This document shows positions 40,301 through 53,680 of a DNA stretch of 64,000 nt, piece after piece; positions within the stretch are counted from its first letter, which is position 1, and each line of letters starts with the position of its first letter. Under the pieces are notes generated by a model, which had not been told where the DNA came from, searched no databases, and saw only the letters and a list, made by a program, of their open reading frames with translations. Source of the stretch: Chrysomallon squamiferum (Eukaryota; Animalia; Mollusca); the NCBI GenBank assembly GCA_012295275.1, contig CM022665.1:6758001-6822000 (forward strand). The letters are read 5' to 3'. Position numbers and translations under genes: made by a program.

Positions 40301-42208
40301 GAGGACTTCGGCTGAAAAAAGCAATTAAAGAAAAGGTTGCCCAAAGTAATTCGGCCTTATCCCAGAGAGAAACAGTGAGAGACAGACTGAGAAAATTCAA
40401 GTGAGTATATGTAGGCAATCTGTCAGTTTTATTTGGTTTTATTTTATTGATTCCTGCAATAAGAAAAAGATTCCATCAAAAACAAATAACATGGGACTTT
40501 CCCAAAGTGATCTTACTATTAACATATTTTCAGTGTTACATATAAACACATGTATTAACATTTTCTTCCTGTTGTTGGGGGAATATGTTGTATCACAGTA
40601 GTTGTACAATTAGTTATGGTGTGAAAGTTCACATATCAGTTCTCTTTAGTGTGTATGTCGGGCTACTTGACTTTCTTGTCTGAGTCTCAGGTCTGATTTG
40701 TGGTGTAAGGTTTCGTCTTTAATAAGGGTATATCTTAACTGGGTTTTCTCCCTAATGTAATAATAAATGTATGTGAAATATATGGTGACATCTACTAATT
40801 GTTAATATTAAAATATTTTGTGTTAAAACATTCATTTATCCATGTAATCTTCATAGTAATGATATTTCATTAGGTTTTAGAAATTTACAAGTAATACTGA
40901 CACTGATTTTTTTTGTTGTAAATAAATGCATAAACAGTACTTCATATTATCAATTCAAGATTTACTCTTAATTAAAATAGCATTATTTAAAAACAAAAAA
41001 ACAAACAAGGAATTATGTTTTAAGTATCGTGAGTATGACCATAAGTTCTAACTTTTAATTTTTTTTAAACAGGGAAAGTGACCGTATTCGTCAAGAAGAA
41101 TATCAGAAGGAGCTTGAAGGAATTAAAAGGCGTGTTGATCAACGACCAATGTTGTTTGAGGAGGAATCAAAGGTATGAATCAGTTGTTCATAAATCCATC
41201 ATTATAGGTTTATTAGTACTATTATTATATCTTTTGAAGATGCAGACAAAATAAGAAATGTCCCCTCCTGATTTTGAGATGGGAGATTTAAAAATAAATA
41301 AAATAACAATAAGATAAAAGCAGTATTCAGTAATTTTGAACACTGTTCTCTGACATTTTAACAATTGTTCAAAATGTTTAGGAGTACAGAGATAGCTTAA
41401 ACATTACTGAAAAACATTTCAATAAGTATAGCTTACATAATTCAACTTTTATTTGAATCATTATAGAAAATAATAAATGTTTATCATCCAGGAAGTACAT
41501 TAATGAATTAACTGGTTTAACATACATATTAGAAGCATTATTGAAAGCATTTGAAATGAATGAACATTAAAAGCATAACAGTAACCAAAACCCTTTTATT
41601 TTTCAAATTTCTACACTCATCTCCCTTATCAATATAATTAAATTATTTTGTTTCCCACCATTTTGTCTTCAACACTTGACAGCTAGTGTTTCTTCTCTGT
41701 CACATATATTGTTAACATAAATGTAACAAATAACATAATTCTGGATAAATAACTTTTGAATAATTTAAAAATAAAGTAATTTAAAAGAACTGAATTTGGA
41801 ACATTCGATCCCAAATCCATAGATATCTCATGCACGCACACACAGATACAGACCCACACACAAACTGAAAATATAGTGTACACAGGTGTGCAGAGCTATT
41901 CACAAAAGACTACTCAAATCAGAGATCAATTTTTTTTTATCTTGGCTTTTCCTATAAATTATTTTTTAAGTCGTGATTATTTTTATTTTGAACAGAAAAA
42001 TGCTAAGAAACTTGCAGAGAAGAAAATTGCAGAAACTCTAAAGAATGCTGGTATTAATGAAGATGTTGTTAACAACTACAGTTCATCCTCAGCAGTACAG
42101 AAAGAAACAGGCACTGGTGATTATGATAGCGACAGCTTTGAGAATACAGCAACAAAAACAGAGGAGGTATCTGGAAGTGAAGAAGAGTATGAAGATCAGC
42201 GAGAATAG
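37382..42208 (+). CDS. FAM161A: FAM161A/B-family centriolar/ciliary microtubule-binding protein (733 aa, 5 exons)
   Basis: Exons: 37382-39029, 39593-39665, 40233-40400, 41073-41172, 41996-42208 (2202 nt, phases consistent). The N-terminus MATSHK..PLNPLTG resembles FAM161A. UPF0564-type motifs LTIPKPFKMTLRE, FKASPAP, KPFNF, FKAKPVP, VPDYD, TIPKPF, RPMLFE. An in-frame ATG at 37373 is an alternative start. Probably co-orthologous to FAM161A and FAM161B. Confidence 0.9.
39140..39420 (+). mobile_element. Degenerate SINE relic in FAM161 intron 1
   Basis: Shares central and tail blocks (gtggtat..., tgctaat..aaaagtgtagcc, tttcctctc, tgctgagtgtcattaaataaaa) with the relic at 39813-40090. Confidence 0.5.
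39813..40090 (+). mobile_element. Degenerate tRNA-derived SINE in FAM161 intron 2
   Basis: A-box-like taagctcaggaatagagc, B-box-like agatcaaaccc, central domain cagtgctgtacaattagtgcaataaaggctgtatggtat, and tail tatgttgaatgtgttaaataaa. Resembles gastropod MetaSINE-type elements (from memory, not searched). Confidence 0.6.
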
Positions 42209-43343
42209 GATATCATTTCAATGTCACACTGTCATCTTTGTTTATTATACGTTAGTTTTTCACTGAATTGGTAGTAGCCTTTATACTGAATTTTATAGTT
42301 TGTTAGCTTCAGTGAAACATTTCTCATATTTATGTATAAGCAAGATTTGGCAAAACTCTCAAGTATTAAGGTTCATTAGAAATGAAATGTGATATTAAAC
42401 CTCACTTTGTTTATTTATTTTGTTTGTATTTGCTCTTGATTACATTTTGTTTTATTTTTAAATTATTAAACTTTACATTCAGTTTTTATAAATACTGAAT
42501 TATGCTTATTTTTCATGCATGTTTTTCATACAGCAAGATATTTTTGTTTGATTTTGCTTTAACATTTAAAAAAAGTAAATGTGAAACCCATGTACAGGTA
42601 GTGATGTTACAGAGGGAAAAAAATTCCTTTTATCAGAAATATATGAAGTTTATAAACATTTTACATGGGTTTATTAAAAAATTCATGTAACAAGCCACAC
42701 AAACACCACTTATTTAGTTGTCATCAGATTAAAAATATATCATCAGTTCAAATGAAATAAAAAGCATGCAGCTTTTATCTATGTTATTGCAAATTTGTTT
42801 TATTGTATGCTCAGATGAATATAAAAAAATGTACCATGAACATTTTTATTAGCAATGATTTTATTTATTACTTTCTGCAATAGGTTTTTCATGATTTAAA
42901 TTACAGGTTAAAAGCATATGTTGAAATGTTATAATTTTATTTATATGTAAGTACACAGTCTGTGATAATAGTTTAAAAAATAAAAAGAATGCACTTTCTG
43001 GTTGCATATCTGTTTTCCAATAATTATTTATAGTAGTTAATTGGATATTTCATTTCTTACTGTCTAAAATAGTCAAATGTATATTTTACTTATTAGATGT
43101 AATTATGTTTTAATTTTTGTATTTCATGTGAATAAATTATTACAGTCATATGTTGTTAGTCTGCATTAATCTGCATTGAAAACATCAACATGATCTTATT
43201 ACTAACACAAATATTGGTAGTTTTGTTGCTAATTTTGATTATGCCAAGTATTCTAACACATGAACTTGACCTACACCCCTTTCCATGGATAAAGATTAAT
43301 ATAATTTTTCATTTATATCAATGGAACTCCTAGGTCTTGTTTC

Positions 43344-43400
43344 AACAACATCTTCATTAATACTAGTATTCTTTAGAGTGTCTGAAACTTTTCTGTTCAA
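43344..43400 (-). repeat. Inverted partial duplicate of the FAM161 last-exon 5' end
   Basis: Reverse complement ttgaacagaaaagtttcagacactctaaagaatactagtattaatgaagatgttgtt matches 41988-42070 apart from an internal deletion and a few substitutions. Confidence 0.8.
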
Positions 43401-43494
43401 GATTACCACAACATTAAGAATTAAGATTCTTCCTTTGACCATTCTGAAATCCAATACAGTCATTAAAAAATAAGAAAAAAGAAAAAAAACTCAC

Positions 43495-43675
43495 AACGAT
43501 TACTCTGTTGCCATTTTACAATTGTCTGTTTAATTTAATGGAATACACACACTATACACTTTCCTGTAGAAAGGAAAGCATATGAAACTGTTTTTATAAA
43601 CAACTTGGGTGTGTTGGCTGAAATGGCATGTGACCAGGATTGATCTTATTACCCATCATACCTTGGCTCCATTAT
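43495..43675 (-). mobile_element. Degenerate SINE relic (reverse orientation) downstream of the ZNF410 stop
   Basis: Reverse-complement blocks resembling the SINE central domain and B-box region (aggaaagcatat, ttggctgaaatg, ggattgatc...acccatc). Highly decayed. Confidence 0.35.
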
Positions 43676-43767
43676 GTAAGATCTAATCTTTGACTTTGCC
43701 TTGAATAACAAAACAAAATTACTACAAACACTTATATAAATAGTTTTAATTTATACTTTTATTTTAA

Positions 43768-46700
43768 TTATTTTTTTCTCTGCATTTCTGATGAGGTACT
43801 GATGTCACCTTCGTCATCAGATTCCATCATTGGGTCCATTATCATTTCTTTGCCTGGCTGCGATGAATTACCTAGATTGTTATGGTCTGATAAAGTTTTT
43901 CCAACAGTAATTTCTCTCTCATTCTGAGAATGTATACAGTCTCTGATTTCACTGTTTGACATCAGACCAACTTCAATATTGATCTGCCTCAGTCTGTGAG
44001 ACATGATATTGTCTCCAACACTGATCTGACATTCCTGCTGAGTATCAATGTTGTCTCTGCTGGCCTCACTCTCTCTGTTTTCAATTCCAATCACACTTTC
44101 ACTATGAGTTGTCATATTGTCAGTAATACTGATTTCAACTTCTTCTGTCATAAGAGTGTCTTCTACCTGGATTTCTCTGTTGTCCTCCACGCTTATTTCT
44201 CCAACTTCCTCAGATATCAAACCATTTCCTACACTGATTTCTGTCTCTTCCTCAGAGTTTATGCAGTCTCCAACAATAACTTCGCTCACCTCTTGTGGAA
44301 CTAGATGGCTGTCACTAAGGATTTCCTTATCTTCCTGAGCATTTGTTAAAGACTGAAGGATAAATTCTGAATGTGCTATTTCTTCATGACTTAAATCAGA
44401 ACCAAGCATTTCGTTTTTGAAAAATATTTCTTTTTCTCCAGTTTCATTTTTCTGGGGCACTGTAGATGAAATACTGACAATTTTCTGTGGTTGAGAAAGT
44501 ACAACAAAGTTAACTCCCTTGTGTTTAATTGCAAGATCCGAGCTGTGGAGAGCAACAGAGCTGAGAACTGAAAGTAGATTAACTTTTATTTTAATGTACC
44601 CAAAATATAGCAAATTATTAATCTTATTAATAAACACAATAATAAAAATAAAAATAACAACAAATTAGTTGGGTTTTTTAAAAATAATATATAATTCTAA
44701 TGTTTACTGAAAACAATAAAATGGGCTTTTAAAGTTACTGTTTGATTTGTTTATTATTAGGAATCGTATCCAGAAATTGTACAGAAATAATGTAGATGAT
44801 ACAAAACTATTTATGAAATAACTGATGTTAAAAGAAATAAAGCAAAGATAATTAAAATAACCCCTCTAACAACTTCTGATACAAAGAATTTTCTACCATC
44901 CATAACATAAGCAGTCCACATGTTAAAAGGCACTGGAATGGGTTTTTTGGGGGGTTTGAGTTATATTCAAAATTAGGTACTTCAACTTTACAGATATTTG
45001 TAATTCAGATACTAACACTATAACTTCTGAACAATTTATACAAATTTATGGATTAATATAGTTGGTTTAACACTTCACCTTAATTAATGCTTTAATTTCT
45101 AACTAGTTTTATGTGTAATTCAAAATACTCAGCTAAGTATAAAAATTAGATCACTGGTATCTAAACTGCAACTTGAATAGCTCATTATCCAGGAAGCTTG
45201 TTTACAAAGATTAATACTACACATACCTTGGGTTGTAAGATTACAGCTGGTCTGAGACGACTGTGTACTGACTGTTTGAACCTGGTCAGAAACACCCTCA
45301 GTAAATACCACCGATTCTGATCCATGGATATCTGTAAAATAAATACATTATATATTGCAAACAATCCAGCAAAACCAATGTCAAAAGTGAACATAAAGAG
45401 TTAGATTATCGAGAGAAATAATCGATGGTTGTATTATAATATTTGATTCTGATATATTAACATAGATACAATTAAACCTTCATAGTGAGAAACATCTTCT
45501 ACTCCTGTTTGTAAAACTAAAATTCCAGACTCTGCTGTTGCCTCCTGCTCATTGACTGTCTGTGAATTATCTGAGGATGATTTGTTCATATGGTGACGCT
45601 TCCAATGAACTGTTCGACTTCCACTTTGTGTGAACAACTTTCCACATATATCACAAGAAAATGGTTTTTTACCTAAAATTAAGAACACATTTCCACATAT
45701 AATCAATCGTTGAAAATATTTTTGGTTAAAGTCCAGCCTTTAACAAAATTAAAGACTGCTAAAATTACACAATTTTTATAAAATTTACAAGTAGTAGATA
45801 AGAATGTAATTAATTTAATATTTTGGTGAACAATCTCTTTAGAACTTTTAATGACTTCTACAGCTGTCATTATTTTGACTTCTCAATACTGACCAATTTA
45901 ACAGTCACAATTGATTGAATTATAACACAGTCTTGCCTATATGTTTCACCAGGATGTGTATTGTCTACTTCTATCATAGTTTAAATAATATCAACTTCAT
46001 TAATGAAGAAATTGAAAGTGAATGACTGTTAATTTAAAGTGCAATTTACTAGAGTGAGATTGAACACTAACCAGTATGTGTACGACTATGTTTTCGGAGA
46101 CTGGAGATTTCAGCAAACCTTCGAGTGCATCCATCATAGTCACAAGCATATGGACGTTCACCTTCAGTTTACAATATGCAATATGTAAGTGAAAATTTAA
46201 GCATTGTGTTTAAAAAAAAAAGTAGCTTATTACATATCTTAATATCAAATAATCTTTTTCAGATGTATATTTTAAAGTATGACAAAATATTTTAGAAGGC
46301 AACTGCATGTTAATTTCATTAAAAATTTAATTTAAGCTAATTGTGATATAAATATAACAAGAAAAAATTATATTTTCTTCACACCAAGATAGGAAATGCC
46401 ACAAGAAAAAGTTTTCTACATTTTGTTAAAGTGATGTTTTCTACCTGTGTGTATTCTGTGATGATTGGCAAGATTCTGAGCTGTTGTGAATGATTTGTCA
46501 CAGTTAGGATCTGTACATACAAAAGGTCTGATGCCAGAGTGAGTTCTGCCATGTACTACAAGTCGCTGTTTGGTGTAGAATGATTTACCACAACCATCAT
46601 GATTACAAGTGTATTTCTTCAGCCCTCTTATTAAAATAAAATTATAATAAAAAATAATTTACAAAAGAGAGAAAAAGAAAAAAAAAATAATAATAATAAT

Positions 46701-49312
46701 AATAAAATAATAAAAGAAGATATACCAATAGTTTATCTGTTTAATGAAGTAATCAGGAACAAAGCAGGCTATCTTAAAATAAAGGTCAGCTAAGCACAAA
46801 CCCATGCAGAAATATTCAAATAACACAAAATTTAAAAAATTACTTTTTGAATATTCACACAAGTCAAAAAAGCAGTTATAAAATAAATAAATAAATTAAA
46901 AAATATTTTTTTTTAAATAAAATAAAAATTCATAAATAACAATTTAAAACACAACGTTCTTTCTTTTTAGAAAATTAAGCCTCTGTATTTATCATTAGAA
47001 TACATTCACATTTTTTTTTTTCATCATTTTCTCACTTTAGTATCTAAAAAGTTCAAGAAATGTAAATTAAATTACTTTTAAAAGCTGGATGATGTCTTTT
47101 GATTATCAAGATCAAATATTAGAGATATAAACACTATAAAAACAAATGTAAGTGTTTAATCTGAAGGAATTAAGAGACTCTTTACAATGCTTTACATAAT
47201 CAAATTTAGGTTTATTGTTTGAAGATGTCACTACAACACATTAGGTAATGTTGAATAGCCAACTGTAGGATGAGAAATCTTTGATATTTCTGGCATATAG
47301 GTGTTTTCATTAAAAACATTTTCTAATATTCATTATTATTCACATTTGCCTAATATGGCAGTGTAAAATGTACATGTCAAGTATTATGGTATTTTACTTG
47401 GGATGCTGAATTGTATGTGGTCAGACCAAAATATAATTATGTTAACTTCTAATAAAATTATGCCCTGGAGGATATGGATGTGAAAAGGTTAGTGATTGTA
47501 AAAAAAAAAAAATGAAACTGATGGCTTACTGACCCTTCATGCCTTAGGCCAGTTTTCTAACCAATGATCTACAGTCTGCAACTTGGAATAAAGATTAAAG
47601 ATCTGGTCTCAGGAGATTTACATCACTTATTTTCAATTTGTTAAATCTTTTTCAAAAGAAAATCAGAAATCAGAAAAGTGACAGAAAAGTATGAATATTC
47701 ACGATTCTCTGTAGATTTGCCAAGATGCCTAAAGTCAATGAAACAAATTCTTTTAAATAATATTTTTAATCAATTTCCTAGAATCTGAAATATTGACAAA
47801 ATTAAAATGTCCACTAACGTGTGAGTGAGCTGGTGATATTTCAAATGTGCTGGCCAGGTGAAAGTTCGATTGCAGTCTTTATATGGACACCATAAACATC
47901 GTGAACTACTCTGTGAAGTATTGTGAATCTTCTTGTGAGAGGCTTGCACCTTGTTGCAATTTTTAATTTCATGTGGGTGTATTTTAACAGATTGAGCTGA
48001 AATGATATAAAATTTAAAATCAACTATAAAAATTAATTGTAGTTTATAAAAAAGGCTAATTATCTTTACAATACATTATTTTATTTAACTATAGTCTAGG
48101 TTTTCATGGTATAAAATGTACAAGAAAACACAAGAATCAATTATAACTTACAAAAAAAGAGGCTAATTATCTTTACAATACATTGTTTTATTTAACTATA
48201 GAGACTAGGGTTTCATGATATAAATAGTAAAATAAAATATAAAAATTATTTGTAACTTATATACAAAACAGCTGATTATCTTTACAATACATTCTTTTAA
48301 ATGTATAAACTAGGGTTTCAAGCAAAAGAAAAATTATTTCATTATGAAACTGTTTTTAACTTTCAAATACACACTTATCTATATATTAATACCTATTATT
48401 ATTATTTTGGAGCTTATATGATAATAATTAGATAATCTAGAACTTTGTCTTCAGGATTATGGGCTGTGGTAGCATGTAATGTGTGAGAACAGAAATTTAA
48501 GTGCTTTGTTCCATAATTACCTGTGTATTTGATTAATCTTTATTTAACAGATTTATAATGACTTCTGGATGGGGCTTTTTGGGGGAGGGATGTGTTTTTG
48601 GGTGGGATTGTTTTGTTTTACTTTTAAAGTTTAGTAAAATATTTCATTGTTCTGTTGTATCTGTAATGATTAATTTCAGAAACAAATATTATCTGCAACG
48701 TATTATATATAATAAGTATAAAAAAGTTTATTTGTATTTCAAAAATGCTAATGACTTCTGAAACTGTTATGAAATGGCTGTGTTGAATCAGCATTTCATA
48801 TATTGAAATTAAACAGCTACATTCTTTGGATAAATACTGCTAAGAAAGTACTCATTATTAAGTAATTAACAATATGTTAATAACTTTAATATAACTGTAA
48901 ATCAGTGTTCTAAATTCAGTTAGTTACAACTCTGTTTTAAAAGACTCCTATTAAATTTTATTCACTTCAGTAAAAAAAAAGGATAAATAACCTGGGGGAG
49001 AGATTTGTTTGTTACAGTAAATAATATTTGCATGCTGTGTAAACTGGTGTGTTTCAGAGTGATAGGAAGGGCAGTTTTAAATGTGAACACATATATTGTT
49101 ATACTGAAGCAAATGTCTTATAAAGCTAGCCTGAAAGAAATGAATTCATGTTTTTAACAAATGTATCTGATACAACACAATAAATGCTAATTACTGAGTA
49201 CAATTTGGAACTTTGTAACACATGAAACATTTCACAGTACTGTAATAATAATTAATATGAATTAAACATCTTAATAATAAATTATTTTTTAAAAATGTTC
49301 TTGTACTATTTT

Positions 49313-49354
<42 letters not shown>

Positions 49355-49768
49355 GCGCGCGCGCACTGCTACTATACCTTTTATCCTGGTGTCATTTTGC
49401 TCAGCTTCTGATTGTAATTGTTTTGATATTATCTCTTGTGTTTGGGCTATCAAATTTGCCTGGGCCATGGCATGAAGATCATGTATTTGGATGTAACTTG
49501 TTGGCATGTTAGTCCTCACATGGCAGTCAGAAATATTTTTTGGCATTGTGCCTGTCCACATCAGGGTAGGAGCTGTCATCAATGAATCGAGAAGCTTAGT
49601 ATGAGTATACGAACATTCATCTGTTGTGTTAGAGTTTTGTCCTGATGAAGGAACAGTAAGTTTACTCACAACTTTCTGTGACAAAAAATCTTCAGTGGTT
49701 GATGAAGATATTGTCACATTCTCTCTATGGTGATTTCCCGAAACATGACATTTATAAGTAGTATCCAT
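43768..49768 (-). CDS. ZNF410: C2H2 zinc-finger transcription factor, ZNF410 orthologue (646 aa, 7 coding exons)
   Basis: Exons: 49768-49378, 47996-47819, 46626-46445, 46161-46072, 45672-45478, 45331-45227, 44567-43768 (1941 nt, phases consistent). Five fingers: CNRTFTWPAHLKYHQLTH, CGKSFYTKQRLVVHGRTH, CDKSFTTAQNLANHHRIH, CTRRFAEISSLRKHSRTH, CGKLFTQSGSRTVHWKRHH. These match the vertebrate ZNF410 helices WPAHFKYH, VLQRLKVH, TAGNLKNH, EYSSLRKH, QSGSRNVH. Synteny with FAM161 and COQ6 agrees. Candidate 5'UTR donors near 51114 and 52218. Confidence 0.9.
47205..47480 (-). mobile_element. Degenerate SINE relic (reverse) in a ZNF410 intron
   Basis: tttattgtttgaagatgtcactacaacacatt...ctgtaggatgagaaatctttgatatttctggcatatag resembles a reversed SINE 3' tail. 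Recalled similarity only. Confidence 0.35.
48050..48322. repeat. About 2.5 tandem copies of a ~108-bp unit in a ZNF410 intron
   Basis: gctaattatctttacaatacatt...ctagg(g/t)tttca recurs at about 48054, 48161 and 48271. Confidence 0.85.
49314..49366. repeat. Compound (CA)n(CG)n microsatellite
   Basis: About 19 CA units fused to about 6 CG units, roughly 11 nt from the donor of the first ZNF410 coding exon. Confidence 0.95.
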
Positions 49769-51894
49769 TTAATCTCTGATCTTCTTTGTATCTTCTTTAA
49801 AGTGTAGATGATATTTTTGTCAATCTTCACTTAAACTGTAATATGAAAACACCTTTACTAAACTGTAAGTAATAGTGAATGAAAACTGTATCTATAATAA
49901 TTGTATCTTTAATATATTTTAGATGAAATCTGGCTATCTGAAACTGATAACTAACCTTATCAAAAATGGATTAATATTATTTTTACAAATATTGGATACA
50001 ATTATTTGAACATAATATTATTTGAATGCCTGAATACTATTGTTACTTTATTGCTATTGTACAGAAATATTAGTTTATTTTTTTTTATTTTTTTTTTAAA
50101 TTAGTTATTTTTATTATTGTCCAAGATGGCTAATGAACACTGAATTTGAAAATTTATTTTACAAAAAGCATTATTCAGAATCAAATTCATAAACTGTTTT
50201 TATGATAAAAGAATATAACTGTGTATGAGAAATGGTAACGTCACACATTTTCTAAGACAACAGGTGTTATATTTGGATAATTACACCTTAACATTAATAC
50301 AAAAATAATAAATCTTAATGGGGAAGGGGTCAAACAACATAATACTTAAAATAAGCATATCTGGTACTCTGTCACCACATAATTAATACATGAAAATAAT
50401 AAGCAATGGCTGAATATTGTTGCCAGTAACCAGTTGCAACCAGTTCAGTTGATTATTTAAAAACAGAATAGCACATATCTGTGATTCAACAACTGGTATA
50501 TATGAATGTTACTATTGTGTTTATTTATAGACTTAAACTGTGCAAATGAAAATGAAAGAAAATATTTCTACCAGGGATGACCTAACATATACATTAATTT
50601 ATAAAATCCATTTAATACTCAACATTATCTCAAAGTATATAGCATATCAAGTGAGTTTACTGTGTACATTCTTCTACATAAAATATCCACGCCGTATTTA
50701 TTTGGCATTGACCCATCGCAATCTGAAATCTATTTTCGGTGTGTGGTAAATTTCCATCATGGATTTTTTCACCTGATCATGGTTGATGGAAAATTTCGAA
50801 ATCCTTACATCGAACCGACAAAAAAGATGATAATTTGTTTGTTTGTTTTTACTTACTGATGCTTTTAATTTCGCCACTGTTCATCAACACATTTAGTAAC
50901 TACACCAAACAACAAACATATTACTGAAAGAACAGGTTTAGTCGACGACCTACTTAACTGTAAAATGACAAGCGAAGTATGAAAACGAAAGTTACAAACG
51001 CATGTTGATATTAGTAACTTTTTAGTTTCTGACTAATATCAATGATAATTGAGTTCTTCTTCAAAACTTTATATACATTACTGAGTAATAAAATTAAAAT
51101 GTTATTATCTTACGTTTTGGTCAAGTAATGCAAAACAATAAGTTGAATAACCGACTGCAACACTGTTGAACGAGTTCCTGTTTTAGTGTTTACTACTACT
51201 AGTCACCATTTGGCATTGACTAACACTGATTTCTGAATCATATACAGTAGGCATGTCATCTTTAAAACTTTAAATAAATATATTTTAATATCTAGTCTTG
51301 GGGCATTCATTAATAACAAGATAGGTGTATTGTTATTACAAGTAGGTATTTTTGGTTAAAATGTACCCAAAACATCAATGCACTCAGCTAAAACGAACCT
51401 ACACAATGTGCTAGGTAAACACGATATCGTGTAGTTTTAGCGAGCACTTTTGTTCATACGGTGATGCACTTGACAGTTAATACTTTCAGTAATACTAGTT
51501 AAAATACTTTATTACTATGTTTCATTTTTTAGCTTAAGTTTCCAGTAACTGGGACCTAGTGAATGGATTAAAAGATGTGTATGACTTTTCATATTTGTTT
51601 GTTGTTAACGTTTACACAGTCAATGATATACGTATTAATTAAACATGTGGACGTTCGAGGTAGTTTTCAAAACCTTGTCGAAACCCGCTTTGATGAACTT
51701 ATGCTCTTAAAGGTACATTCGGGCCAAATAATTTGCAAGTTACGTATCTGGTACAACGACAAATACTGACAGTTTAATAATAAATAAATAAATAAATAAT
51801 ACAATTTAAATCGAGCAAAATTCTGATAGCTACTTTTAGGCTGGGGAAATACTTCAGAATTGGGTTTCTGTGGTTCATCTATGGAGGTTTAATT

Positions 51895-52039
51895 TTTAAT
51901 TATTATTATTTTTATTATTGTTATTATTATTATTGTTATTATTTTCACTATTTTCTCTTTTTCTTTTCGGGTAGTGGGTACCACTAAATAACATTGCTGA
52001 ACAAGATGATATAATTATGGATATAAAATATAAACAATT

Positions 52040-52092
<53 letters not shown>
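51895..52092. repeat. (TTA)n and (AAT)n trinucleotide microsatellites
   Basis: Imperfect (TTA)n at about 51900-51942 and (AAT)n at about 52041-52092. Confidence 0.9.
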
Positions 52093-52093
<1 letters not shown>

Positions 52094-52739
52094 TAATAAA
52101 ATATTTTATTGCAATACTGTTGACGAATTATTCATGTACTTGTCATTTATTTATTTATGAAAAAAAAAAAAAATAATAATAATAATAATAAAACTGTTAT
52201 TTATTTGCATGTACCTACCTGGAATCTCTTTTTACAGCACGTCAGTCGTAAAGTTGATAATCCAAAAAAACGTATTCTAATTTTGTCTCCTTTCATTCTA
52301 TTATTTGTGTTTCTCTATTCAGAAAATATTGCTCTATCACGTGGTAATATTACCCTTTGTAAATCGACCGGAAATCAAAAGACGTTAGAACTGTTCAGCA
52401 TTGGCAACCCATATGATTACGAACTAGTCTTGGTAAATATTAATTTGTAATTTACTGTCCAGAACAGATAATGCAATTTTTATTTATTTATTTATTTATT
52501 TACGTAAACTTCAATATCTGAAATAAGAAAGTATTTCTAAAAACTAATTGATTAAATTGAACTAATAATTTATATTTACATATTTGACAGAAAAATACAA
52601 ACTAATCCGCATTATCTTTTAGATACAGAAAATGCCAATTATTGAAAGTATTAGGAAATCGGAACAACACACACTACTAAAATAAATTATAAATATAATC
52701 TCTAATTAATCTTTATTTTAAATCCCGTTTTATATATCA

Positions 52740-53680
52740 CGCGTTAGATATTAAAATAATGGATTCCACTGTATATATAATGACTATGCCTATGCTGTGA
52801 AACAGTGGCTGTATAACGAGTTGCCGCGTTCGTGCTTAACGCGCATACTGTGCTCTTTCGCTGTTCACGTCACTAGTATTTTGTAATAGAATTATGTTAG
52901 ATTTGTATACAGAAATCTGCAGTCTTCAATTATTTCGTGCCTTGTACAATAAGAGAAGGTTTGCGATTGGTTCGTTTGTTAAAATTTTCCAATAATTAAA
53001 AACAACGTTGCAATAAAAAACTGTTTTAACAATATTAGAAAGCAACAAACAGAATGTTTTAAAACAATATATTTTCTAATTCGGAAAGTTACATTTCATT
53101 TTTATGTTATATCAAAATCAAAAATACATATTTTCTTGTAAAGATAAATGAAGAAACCTGACCAATGAAATTGAAGTTTACGGAAAAAGCATACTTACGA
53201 AAATTAACGAAAATTAATTTTCTTTTCAAACATAAAAATATGAACAATTTTTTCAAAAAATGCCACAAATTTATCTTAAAACTAAGAATAAATAACATAT
53301 AACTGATTAATGTTGATAAAATAATAAACATTTATGAATATTGTTAATTTTCCTTTTTACGAAAAAATACGAAGAAAAGCGGATATGGCGAACGTTTACC
53401 AGTTCCAACCGGTTTGTAACTTTGGGAGTTTTCCTAACACTGCAAGCTGGATCATCCACCGTACGACGTCAAGGTATAGTTTTGTGTTGTAAAAATAAGA
53501 CTAGATGTTTTTAGTTTAAATTTTTTGGTTAAATAAACACAAAATTTAATGGAAATAATTCACTCATGGGAACATGGGTGCCGCCATTTTATATGTATAT
53601 AAACAACGGAAGTTGGATTCAAGTCGTAGGCAACCCAATTGGGGCATGTCATGTGACAACAATTTACAACGCGGTTTTTT
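52740..53680 (+). promoter_or_regulatory. CpG-enriched XPO1 promoter, non-coding first exon (ends 53473) and 5' intron motifs
   Basis: CpG enrichment; donor aag|gtatag at 53473/4; YY1-type ccgccatttt (~53581), ETS-type cggaagt (~53607), CRE-like gacgtca (~53465). Divergent from ZNF410. Confidence 0.55.

Noticed and set aside
37843-44338. Antisense ORFs over FAM161 and ZNF410 exons
   Set aside because: Shadows of real coding exons, with no independent splice or domain support.
48455-48470. ZNF410-like motif (cagcccataatc on -) suggesting autoregulation; similar tgcccataata near 63512
   Set aside because: Single, mismatched, unclustered sites; expected by chance.
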